42,130 nt of DNA from an uncultured Verrucomicrobiota bacterium (GTDB lineage: Bacteria; Verrucomicrobiota; Verrucomicrobiia; Limisphaerales; BOG-1460), in assembly GCA_964520205.1 (NCBI GenBank), contig CAZFOA010000003.1, forward strand, positions 1 through 42,130. Reading direction: 5' to 3'. Of this stretch, positions 18,615-26,563 are shown piece by piece. Positions within the stretch are counted from its first letter, which is position 1. Each line of letters opens with the position of its first letter. Position numbers and translations under genes: made by a program. The notes beneath the pieces were generated by a model. That model saw only the letters and a list, made by a program, of their open reading frames with translations. It was not told the origin of the DNA and made no database searches.

Positions 18615-19586
18615 ATGAATAACCAGGCTACAATCGGGATACTCGATCAGTTTCAGACCGACCTGATGGATTCCTGGCGGCGGCTGCCCAACAGGGGATT
18701 TTTCTTCGCCCTGCTGGCGGCGTGGCTGTTGCTGTTTCAACTGTTGGGCAATCCCCTCATGGGTTTCATTCACACGCCCTCGCTGTATGCGTGGATGTAT
18801 AATGCATACAACAGTCCGAACACGTCCGGCGATGACGCCATCGGAAATTTTGTTCCCTTTCTGGTGTTGGGATTGCTCTGGTGGAAGCGCGGGGAGTTGC
18901 TCGCGCTGCCGCTCAAAATGTGGATTCCGGGATTGCTGGTGCTCATCGCGGCCATGGTCCTGCACGTCGCGGGATATGTGCTCCAGCAACCGCGGCTGTC
19001 GATCATCGCGTTGTTCGCGGGCATTTATGGCCTGGCGGGGCTGGCCTGGGGCCGCGAGTGGTTGCGGAACACCATTTTCCCGTTTTTTCTTTTGGCGTTT
19101 TGCATCCCCTTGGGCGTGCAGGCCGACATCATCACGTTCCCGCTCCGGCTCCTGGTCTGCCGGCTGGTGGAAGTGATTTCGCACTCCGTCCTGGCGATCG
19201 ATGTGGTGCGAAGGGGAACCGAATTGAGTGATCCCTCCGGCGCCTATCAATATGATGTCGTGGCGGCCTGCAGCGGAATCCGAAGTCTGTTTGCCATTTT
19301 CCTGCTGAACACGGTTTACGGCTTCGTGATGTTTAGGCCCTATTGGAAGCGCCTGGTGATGATGGCGCTGGCATTGCCCTTTGCTGTTCTGGGCAATTTG
19401 ATCCGCCTGCTGTGCATTATCATTGCCGCGGAAATCGGTGGAAAAGGGTGGGGGGATTATGTGCACGAAGGCGGCCCCTTCGGAATTATCAGTCTCCTGC
19501 CCTACATCCCGGCGATTGTCGGCGTATTGGCGGTCGGGCGTTTTCTGGAAAGAGGCGAGACCCCCGCCGGGAAAGCGCGTCCATGA
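18615..19586 (+). CDS. Exosortase (EpsH/Xrt family transpeptidase)
   Basis: 323-aa polytopic ORF. Catalytic-Cys motif VVAACSGIRSLFAIFLL, a downstream LGNLIRLLCIII (N-x-x-R) and a conserved Arg in FPLRLLV. Stop overlaps the EpsI start (ATGA at 19583-19586). Confidence 0.85.
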   Translation: MNNQATIGILDQFQTDLMDSWRRLPNRGFFFALLAAWLLLFQLLGNPLMGFIHTPSLYAWMYNAYNSPNTSGDDAIGNFVPFLVLGLLWWKRGELLALPLKMWIPGLLVLIAAMVLHVAGYVLQQPRLSIIALFAGIYGLAGLAWGREWLRNTIFPFFLLAFCIPLGVQADIITFPLRLLVCRLVEVISHSVLAIDVVRRGTELSDPSGAYQYDVVAACSGIRSLFAIFLLNTVYGFVMFRPYWKRLVMMALALPFAVLGNLIRLLCIIIAAEIGGKGWGDYVHEGGPFGIISLLPYIPAIVGVLAVGRFLERGETPAGKARP

Positions 19587-20299
19587 AATATCAGAAGATG
19601 CTGCTGGTCGTCGTCGTGGCCGGCCTGATGGCCGGCACGGCGGGTGTCTTGACCTGGCTCCGGTCGAACCAGAAGCTGGGCAAGCCGGGCATTAAGGCGA
19701 CGCCCATTCCCGGCAGTGTGGCCATGACCCTCGAGTTGCCGGCTCAAGTCCTGGATTTCACCTCCACCAATGTGCCGGAGCCCGAATTGGTCCTGGGTTA
19801 TCTGCCCAAGGACACCAGCTTTGTTGAGCGCCTGTACCAAGCGCCGGACGGCATGTTCGTCCAGGCGACGATCATATTGATGGGAGCAGATCGAACCAGC
19901 ATTCACCGGCCGGAAATGTGTTTGTTGGGCAACGGATGGCAGGCCAACGAGAAAACCGTGGTCAACATCCCCATTGGTGGTCCGCATCCGTATCCATTGC
20001 CGGTCATGAAATGGGTCATCACCCGGCAGCAGGATGGCCTGCGCGGGCTGTACGTCTTCTGGTTTGTAGCGGACAACGAAATGGCGACGCACAACGTTCG
20101 GCTCCAAATTGATCTGGTCCGGGACCTTTTGTTCAGGGGGGTATTGCAGCGCTGGGCGTACATGAGTTACTTCGCGGTCTGCGCGCCCGGCCAGGAGGAG
20201 GCCGCTTTTGAACGGGTGAAACAGCTCATCGCCGCTTCCGTGCCCGAATTCCAACTGCCGCCGCAGACCGCCGGGGCGCCCGAAGTCGCGAAACAATAA
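19583..20299 (+). CDS. Exosortase-associated EpsI-family protein
   Basis: Track ORF 19343..20299, trimmed to the ATG at 19583 (MKYQKMLLVVVVAGLMAGTAG, a signal/anchor). EpsI hallmark SIHRPEMCLLGNGW. Translationally coupled to the exosortase gene. Confidence 0.8.
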   Translation: MKYQKMLLVVVVAGLMAGTAGVLTWLRSNQKLGKPGIKATPIPGSVAMTLELPAQVLDFTSTNVPEPELVLGYLPKDTSFVERLYQAPDGMFVQATIILMGADRTSIHRPEMCLLGNGWQANEKTVVNIPIGGPHPYPLPVMKWVITRQQDGLRGLYVFWFVADNEMATHNVRLQIDLVRDLLFRGVLQRWAYMSYFAVCAPGQEEAAFERVKQLIAASVPEFQLPPQTAGAPEVAKQ

Positions 20300-20409
20300 T
20301 CCGGAATGATACGAAAACCCACATCCTTGAAAACCTCAGCGCCGCGGGATGGTTCCCCGAGCCGCCTTTTGTCGGCCGGCGATTCGATTCGCTGGAGCTA
20401 AGCTGAACT

Positions 20410-21813
20410 ATGCTGCGTCATGACCGGCTCATGCGGATGCAAGTCCATCAACTGGTGGATGCATGCCTGTTTGCGACCAGTTTTTGGCTGGCGTACGAGT
20501 TGAGGTCCAGCCCGTTCATCGTCGAGTTGTTCCGGCTGCAACCTTTCGACGCCCCGTTTGAAAGCTTCGTCTGGCTTTACGTGATTTTGATCCCCGCGGC
20601 CCCGCTCATCCTCGAAGCGCAAGGGTTTTATACGCGACCGGTGCTGTGCTCGCGGCGCACGACCGCCTGGCGGCTTTTCAAAGGATGCATCTTCACCACC
20701 CTGGTGCTCATCCTCCTGCTGTTCACGTTCAAGATGCTCCTGATGCTCATTGCGCGGTGGATTGTCATCTGGTTTGGCGGGATCAGTTTCATGCTCGTTT
20801 TCATCAAGGAAGAAGTGCTCCGCGATGTGCTTAGGAGCAAACTGGCGCAGGGACAGTTCAAACGGCGGTTCGTGCTGGTGGGAACGAAAAGTGAAACCGC
20901 CCGCATCCGCGGGGAAATGGAGGTCCGCGGAGCGAATGACTTTGATGTTCTGGCCGAGTTGGACCTCAACGACAGTTCCGTCGAACAATTGGTCCGGCTG
21001 CTGCACGAACATTCCGTCAACGGAGTGATCTTGAGCGCCAAACGTTCGTACTTCGAGCAGGTGGAGGCCGCCATCCGGGCGTGCGAATTGGAGGGCGTGG
21101 AAGCCTGGCTCGCGGTGGATTTTATCAAGACCCAGATTTCGCGGGCCAGCATCGATGATTTTTATGGCCAGCCGATTCTCGTGTTCCGCTCCGCGCCGGA
21201 GGCTTCGTGGGAAGGCGTTTTGAAGCAATTGATCGACTTTGTCGGCGCTTTCGTGCTGCTGGTTCTGGTCTCCTGGATGTTCGTGATTGTGGCATTGGTG
21301 ATCAAACTGACATCGCCCGGACCGGTGTTTTTCCGGCAACAACGGTCGGGGTTGAACGGCCGGCCATTCACCATTTTCAAGTTTCGCACCATGGCGACGG
21401 ATGCCGAACAGCGCCAGCATGAATTGGCCGCCATGAACGAAATGACCGGGCCGGTCTTCAAGATGACCAAAGACCCGCGGGTGACCCCGGTCGGTAGAAT
21501 CCTGCGCAAATTCAGCCTGGATGAATTCCCCCAACTTTTCAACGTGGTGCGCGGTGACATGAGCCTGGTCGGGCCGCGCCCCCTGCCGGTGGACGAAGTG
21601 AAGCGTTTCAACGACCTGGCCCATCGCCGGCGTCTGAGCGTCAAGCCGGGTCTGACCTGCTTGTGGCAGATCAGCGGACGCAACAACGTAACCGATTTCA
21701 AGGATTGGGTGCGGCTGGATCTCGAATACATCGACAATTGGTCGCTCTGGCTCGATCTCAAAATCCTGTGGCGGACCGTCCCCATCGTTCTGGCCGGGAC
21801 CGGGGCGAAGTGA
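20410..21813 (+). CDS. Polyprenyl glycosylphosphotransferase (large WbaP/EpsB-type priming sugar transferase)
   Basis: 467-aa ORF. N-terminal TM helices, then a central Rossmann-like segment ([10 protein letters not shown]). C-terminal Bac_transf core [27 protein letters not shown] ... [21 protein letters not shown]. Confidence 0.9.
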   Translation: MLRHDRLMRMQVHQLVDACLFATSFWLAYELRSSPFIVELFRLQPFDAPFESFVWLYVILIPAAPLILEAQGFYTRPVLCSRRTTAWRLFKGCIFTTLVLILLLFTFKMLLMLIARWIVIWFGGISFMLVFIKEEVLRDVLRSKLAQGQFKRRFVLVGTKSETARIRGEMEVRGANDFDVLAELDLNDSSVEQLVRLLHEHSVNGVILSAKRSYFEQVEAAIRACELEGVEAWLAVDFIKTQISRASIDDFYGQPILVFRSAPEASWEGVLKQLIDFVGAFVLLVLVSWMFVIVALVIKLTSPGPVFFRQQRSGLNGRPFTIFKFRTMATDAEQRQHELAAMNEMTGPVFKMTKDPRVTPVGRILRKFSLDEFPQLFNVVRGDMSLVGPRPLPVDEVKRFNDLAHRRRLSVKPGLTCLWQISGRNNVTDFKDWVRLDLEYIDNWSLWLDLKILWRTVPIVLAGTGAK

Positions 21814-21824
21814 GCCACGCGGCA

Positions 21825-22769
21825 ATGAAAGCCAGGCAACCCACCTCCGTCGTGACCGGCGCGGCCGGGTTTCTGGGATCGCATCTGACCGACCTGCTCC
21901 TGGCGCGCGGCCACAAAGTCATCGGCATCGACAATTTCGTCACCGGCTCCGTGGACAACATCGCGCATCTGGGCGGCCATCGCGGTTTCAAGTTTATCCA
22001 GCAGGACGTGACCGAGTTTATTTTTCTCGACGTGCCGGTGGACTACGTCTGGCATTTCGCCTCGCCGGCCAGCCCGGTCGATTATCTGGAATTGCCGATC
22101 CAGACATTGAAGGTTGGCTCGCTGGGCACGCACAAGGCGCTCGGGCTTGCCAAGAACAAGCGGGCGCGGTTCCTCCTGGCTTCGACCTCGGAGATTTACG
22201 GCGATCCACTGGTGCATCCCCAACCGGAGGAGTATTGGGGTAATGTAAACACCATCGGCCCGCGCGGATGTTACGATGAAGCCAAGCGATTTGCCGAGGC
22301 CCTGACCATGGCATATCACCGGGAACACGGGGTGGCGACCCGCATCGTGCGCATCTTTAACACCTACGGTCCGCGGATGCGGCTTCATGACGGCCGCGTG
22401 GTGCCGGCGTTCATCAGCCAGGCGCTGAAAAACCAACGGCTGACGGTGTTTGGCAAGGGCCTGCAAACGCGCAGTTTTTGTTATGTGTCGGATCTGATTG
22501 AAGGGATTTACCGGCTGATGATGGGCGGTTACGCCCTGCCGGTGAACGTCGGCAATCCGACGGAGATGACCGTATTGGCATTCGCCAGGCAAATCATCCG
22601 CGCCACCGGTTCGCGCAGCAAAATTGCGTTCAAGCCGTTGCCGCAGGACGATCCCCGCCAGCGCCGCCCCGACATCAGCCGCGCCCGGAAATATCTGCGG
22701 TGGAATCCGCGCGTGGGATTGGCTGAGGGGTTGGTCCGGACCATCGATTACTTCCGGGCAAAAGTGTGA
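21825..22769 (+). CDS. UDP-glucuronate decarboxylase (UDP-xylose synthase), extended SDR
   Basis: Track ORF 21663..22769, trimmed to the ATG at 21825 ([21 protein letters not shown]). Motifs [20 protein letters not shown] (YxxxK) and [10 protein letters not shown] are typical of UXS/ArnA-decarboxylase relatives. Confidence 0.9.
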   Translation: MKARQPTSVVTGAAGFLGSHLTDLLLARGHKVIGIDNFVTGSVDNIAHLGGHRGFKFIQQDVTEFIFLDVPVDYVWHFASPASPVDYLELPIQTLKVGSLGTHKALGLAKNKRARFLLASTSEIYGDPLVHPQPEEYWGNVNTIGPRGCYDEAKRFAEALTMAYHREHGVATRIVRIFNTYGPRMRLHDGRVVPAFISQALKNQRLTVFGKGLQTRSFCYVSDLIEGIYRLMMGGYALPVNVGNPTEMTVLAFARQIIRATGSRSKIAFKPLPQDDPRQRRPDISRARKYLRWNPRVGLAEGLVRTIDYFRAKV

Positions 22770-22957
22770 AGCGGGAACGCTCTTGAAATTGGGCAGGGTG
22801 CGCCGCCAGGACAATATTTGCCAAGTCCGGCAATATAAGGCCAGTTAAAATCTTTTTTTCTGTTTGACCCGTATTCGAATTTCCGATTAGTTGCACGGGC
22901 TGTCTCGATGTTGGTCAGCTCGGAACCGGCGCCAGATTGAGCGGCAAGTGACAGCCG

Positions 22958-24826
22958 ATGCTGAATTCCAAATCATTTCTGGCAGTGGACTTTGGGGCGG
23001 GAAGTCTCAAACTCGCGGAGTTTGAAGTCAACGAAGCCGGGGGGTTGCGTCTGAAACAATACGCAATCAAGTCGCTGGGCGCCGAAGGCGCTCAGGAGTC
23101 CACCCGCGAAGCCACGATTCTCAAGGCGCTCCAGGAGCTGCTGGCCGAGAAGGGCATCAAAGCCCGCGAGGTCAATGTCTGTGCCCCGGGCTTTCACGTG
23201 TTTTCCAAATTCGTCAAGTTGCCGCCGGTGGACGCCGGCAAGGTGACGCAGATCATCCAATACGAGGCTCAGCAGAACGTGCCGTTCCCTTTGCAGGAAG
23301 TGGTTTGGGACTACCAGATCATGGGCTCGACCGCGGGCGGCGAACTGGAAGTGTTGCTCGTGGCCATCAAGGCGGACATTGTCGAAGGCTTGTTTCGGGT
23401 TGCCGACTCGGCCAAGCTTCGATTGCAGTTGGCGGACGTTTCGCCGGCGGCCCTGTGCAACGCGTTCCGCTACAACTATGGCGATCTGGAAGATTGCACC
23501 ATGCTTCTGGACATCGGGGCCAAGACGAGCAATCTCCTCTTTTTCGAGAAGGGCAAGGTGTATTCCCGGAGCATCAACCTGGGCGCCAATTCCATCACCC
23601 AGGATTTCGCCAACGAGGCAAAACTGAAATTCGATGCCGCCGAAAAGACCAAGATCGCGGAAGGTTTTGTGAGTCTGGGCGGCGCGTATGAGGAGCCCGA
23701 GAATCCGCATCAGGCGGCGATTTCCAAAATCGCGCGCCAGTTCATGACCCGCCTCCACATCCAGGTCAATCAGACCATGCAGTTTTATCGCGGGCAGCAG
23801 GGCGGCTCGGCGCCGCAACGCCTCTTCCTTTCCGGCGGCGCTTCCATCATGCCTTATACCGCTCAGTTTTTCGCCGAAAAACTGAATGTCCCGGTCGAAT
23901 ACTTCAACCCGTTCCGCAACGTGCAGATTGATTCGGCGGTCAATCTCGAGGAACTGGCCCGGGTTGCCCATTCCCTGGGCGAGGTGGTCGGCCTGGGCCT
24001 GCGCAACCTCGCGCACTGCCCGGTCGAGTTGAACCTGATCCCGGAAACCACCCGCCGGTGGCAAGTTTTCAACGAGAAGAAACCCTACCTGATTTTCACC
24101 GTGTTTAGCCTCGTGTTAGTCGTGGGCGCGATGGGTTTCCTGTTTCAGAATCTGGCGGATGTCAAGAACAACGAACTCCAAAACAACGTGAACCCGCGAC
24201 TGGCTCCGCTGCAGGCCAGCCAGGCTGAATTCAAGAAAGCTTCCGCGCAATTGCAGGCCGCCCAACAGGATTTGAATCAGTTGACCACCTGGACGGAAAA
24301 TCGCTACTTTTGGGCATCGGTCCTTTCCGAAATGCGCAGCGTTTTTATCAAGACCGAACGCATGGCGCGGGACAAGCTGAAGACGGATACCGGCATCTGG
24401 GTGGAGCAATTCTTGACCGTGGCGCCGCGCGCCTCCTCGGCTCCATCGGTCCCGGGACTTCCCGGCGGGCCCATCCAAACCGCGCCCACTGACCGGGCCC
24501 ATCGGGGCCGCTTCATGGGAGACGCGCCCGCGGCCCCGGCCCCGGCGCCCACGCCAGTTCCCGATGCCGCGCCCATAGCGCCCGCGGGCGGGACTCCCGG
24601 CGGCGGGATCGGGTTCATCACGCTCTTGTGCCGCGCGGTGAACTTGCAGAGCGTCGATGCCGCGGCCAACCAGACCATCATCTACACTCTCGAAAACGAG
24701 TTGAAGGCCGACCCGATGTTTGATCCCAAAGGAACCCAGTTGGCCCCGCAGATCAACACCGATGATGCCTCCGGCACGTTCACCTTCGGGGTGACGGTCG
24801 GGCTGCAGCATCCGATGAAGCTTTAG
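22958..24826 (+). CDS. pilM: PilM-PilN fusion protein (actin-like ATPase-fold PilM, PilN motif, TM anchor, coiled coil) with Pro/Ala-rich linker and C-terminal extra domain
   Basis: 622-aa ORF. Residues 1-355 are PilM/FtsA-like (FLAVDFGAGSLKLAEF, LLDIGAKTSNLLFF, LFLSGGAS). Then comes the PilN N-terminal signature ELNLIPE (nt 24026-24046). This is followed by a TM helix PYLIFTVFSLVLVVGAMGFLF, a coiled coil, the linker APAAPAPAPTPVPDAAPIAPAGG, and a ~70-aa tail. Confidence 0.8.
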   Translation: MLNSKSFLAVDFGAGSLKLAEFEVNEAGGLRLKQYAIKSLGAEGAQESTREATILKALQELLAEKGIKAREVNVCAPGFHVFSKFVKLPPVDAGKVTQIIQYEAQQNVPFPLQEVVWDYQIMGSTAGGELEVLLVAIKADIVEGLFRVADSAKLRLQLADVSPAALCNAFRYNYGDLEDCTMLLDIGAKTSNLLFFEKGKVYSRSINLGANSITQDFANEAKLKFDAAEKTKIAEGFVSLGGAYEEPENPHQAAISKIARQFMTRLHIQVNQTMQFYRGQQGGSAPQRLFLSGGASIMPYTAQFFAEKLNVPVEYFNPFRNVQIDSAVNLEELARVAHSLGEVVGLGLRNLAHCPVELNLIPETTRRWQVFNEKKPYLIFTVFSLVLVVGAMGFLFQNLADVKNNELQNNVNPRLAPLQASQAEFKKASAQLQAAQQDLNQLTTWTENRYFWASVLSEMRSVFIKTERMARDKLKTDTGIWVEQFLTVAPRASSAPSVPGLPGGPIQTAPTDRAHRGRFMGDAPAAPAPAPTPVPDAAPIAPAGGTPGGGIGFITLLCRAVNLQSVDAAANQTIIYTLENELKADPMFDPKGTQLAPQINTDDASGTFTFGVTVGLQHPMKL

Positions 24827-24828
24827 TT

Positions 24829-25728
24829 ATGTCCTGGGTCAAACGAAATCTCTATTTCCTCTTCAGCAGCCTGGTGGCGTTGGTGCTGCTCGGGTTGGCC
24901 GGCTACTATTTCTACTCGAACTGGAGCCTCAACAACAGTAACCTGGAAAAGCTCAACACGGCGTATGGGCTGCTGGATCAGCTGATCAAGAGCAATCCCC
25001 GGGACGAGCATGTTGACAATATCCTGACTGCCCAGCAGCAGTTGACAAACGTGGTCGCGCTGATCGAGAAGGAGAAGAAGTTCTTTTTGCGTGTCGCCCC
25101 GATCCCGGACTCGACCAACGGCGTGATCACGAAGGACGAATTCGCATCCGCGCTGCGCCGCACGATTGACGACTTGGGACACGCCGCGGCCGCCGCCAGT
25201 GTCACCTTGCCGCCGAAATATAACTTCTCATTTCAAGCCCAGCGGGACCTCACCGTGTTCGTCGAAGGCAGCCTGCCGCCTTTGGCCACGCAACTTGGGG
25301 AAATCAAGGCGGTTTGCAATGTGTTGTTCCAGGCCAAAATCAATTCGCTCGACAATCTGCGCCGTGAACGGGTGTCCGCCGACGACGCCCGGGGTCCGCA
25401 ATCGGATTACCTGGAAACAACGTCGGTGACCGGCCCAATGGCCGTGTTGACTCCCTACGAAGTGTCGTTCCATTGCTTCAGCCCCGAGCTGGCGGGAGTG
25501 CTGGCGGGTTTTGCCGGCGATCCGCATGGCTTTATTGTCCAGGCCGTCAACGTCGAATCGGCGGCCCAGGCCCAGGCGGGTTCGGATGTCCTGGGCGGGC
25601 CGGGGTATGCGGGCATGGCGCCCGCGGCGGCGCCGGCCACGAAGGGCGGCCTGCCGGTATTGCTGGATGAAAAACAACTGAAAGTCACACTGGTGTTGCA
25701 AGTGACAAAACTATTGCAGAAGAATTGA
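24829..25728 (+). CDS. N-terminally anchored periplasmic protein in the PilO position; Amuc_1100-like architecture
   Basis: 299-aa ORF starting 2 nt after the pilMN stop. TM anchor LYFLFSSLVALVLLGLAGYYF, then a helical region, an A/P/G-rich linker GGPGYAGMAPAAAPATKGG, and a terminal strand LKVTLVLQVTKLL. The family assignment is from recollection of the Akkermansia protein, not from a search. Confidence 0.6.
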   Translation: MSWVKRNLYFLFSSLVALVLLGLAGYYFYSNWSLNNSNLEKLNTAYGLLDQLIKSNPRDEHVDNILTAQQQLTNVVALIEKEKKFFLRVAPIPDSTNGVITKDEFASALRRTIDDLGHAAAAASVTLPPKYNFSFQAQRDLTVFVEGSLPPLATQLGEIKAVCNVLFQAKINSLDNLRRERVSADDARGPQSDYLETTSVTGPMAVLTPYEVSFHCFSPELAGVLAGFAGDPHGFIVQAVNVESAAQAQAGSDVLGGPGYAGMAPAAAPATKGGLPVLLDEKQLKVTLVLQVTKLLQKN

Positions 25729-25734
25729 CGCGCG

Positions 25735-26526
25735 ATGCAGTTTCTCAAGAAAAACTACGAAAAGGTTTTGCTTGGCCTGGTGCTGTTCGGGCTGGTGGCT
25801 GCGGTGGCTTTCCTGCCGTTCCTGGTCGAAGGCGAAAAGCAACGGCTGACCGAACTGCGCGACGGCATCACCAGCCGGAAGGTTCTTCCCATGGCGCCGC
25901 TGGATATGAAACGGGGCGAGGATGCCCTTGGACAAGTTGCCACGCGCCTGACGCTGGACCTTTCCGGAAACCATAAATTGTTCAACCCCGTCCGCTGGCT
26001 CAAAGGCCCGAACGGCCCCATCAAAATGCCCGCCGGAAGCGAGTTGGAGAAACTCGAAGTCACCCGGATGACGCCATTGTACCTGGTTCTCTCGCTCGAG
26101 TCGGTCAGTGTGTCTGATGCCTCCGGGGCGCGTTATGAGATCGTGGTGGAGCAACAGGCGTCGCCGAGGCAGATCCAGCGTGGCCGGCGCCCCTATTATG
26201 TGTCGATCAACGACAAAAAAGATCTGTTCGCCGTGCGGGAGGCCAAAGGACCGCAGAACAATCCAACGGCGCTGGTCCTGGAATTGAACGACACCGGAGA
26301 AACAGCTTCGATTTCCAAAGGCAATGACTTCAAGCGGGTGGACGGCTACACGGTCGATTTGAGATACGCGCCCGAAAACAAATCCTTCCTCGGCCGCCGC
26401 GCCGGCGACAAAATCAGCGTCGGCGGAGAGGAATATACTATTGCTAACATCACTCAGAACGAAGTAATATTGTCGGCCAGATCGAACGGTAAGAAATATA
26501 CAATCAGATACAACGCCGCACCTTGA
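25735..26526 (+). CDS. N-terminally anchored beta-rich periplasmic protein in the PilP position (hypothetical)
   Basis: 263-aa ORF starting 6 nt after the previous stop. Anchor VLLGLVLFGLVAAVAFLPFLV, with a strand-rich remainder. No named motif recognised. Confidence 0.6.
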   Translation: MQFLKKNYEKVLLGLVLFGLVAAVAFLPFLVEGEKQRLTELRDGITSRKVLPMAPLDMKRGEDALGQVATRLTLDLSGNHKLFNPVRWLKGPNGPIKMPAGSELEKLEVTRMTPLYLVLSLESVSVSDASGARYEIVVEQQASPRQIQRGRRPYYVSINDKKDLFAVREAKGPQNNPTALVLELNDTGETASISKGNDFKRVDGYTVDLRYAPENKSFLGRRAGDKISVGGEEYTIANITQNEVILSARSNGKKYTIRYNAAP

Positions 26527-26563
26527 ACCGTGCCGACGCTTTTTTGTGAACGTCACCGAACCC

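Noticed and set aside
17508-19466. Very long antisense ORFs. Examples are 17508-19466 (-, 652 aa), 20398-21825 (-, 475 aa), 21162-22814 (-, 550 aa), 3107-4306 (+, 399 aa), 22973-24064 (-, 363 aa), 25711-26760 (-, 349 aa) and 7675-8634 (-, 319 aa).
   Set aside because: Each lies opposite an ORF with clear family motifs. Their translations are Arg/Pro/Gly/His/Gln-rich low-complexity sequence. Some run across intergenic gaps between real genes. These are typical stop-poor shadow frames of GC-rich DNA.
22864-22900. Possible promoter for the secretin operon: TTGACC (22864-22869) N17 TTAGTT, and a sigma-54-like TTGCA at 22891-22895.
   Set aside because: The -10 candidate matches only 2/6 of TATAAT. 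The TTGCA has no GG dinucleotide at the required -24 position. This is not enough to call either promoter type.
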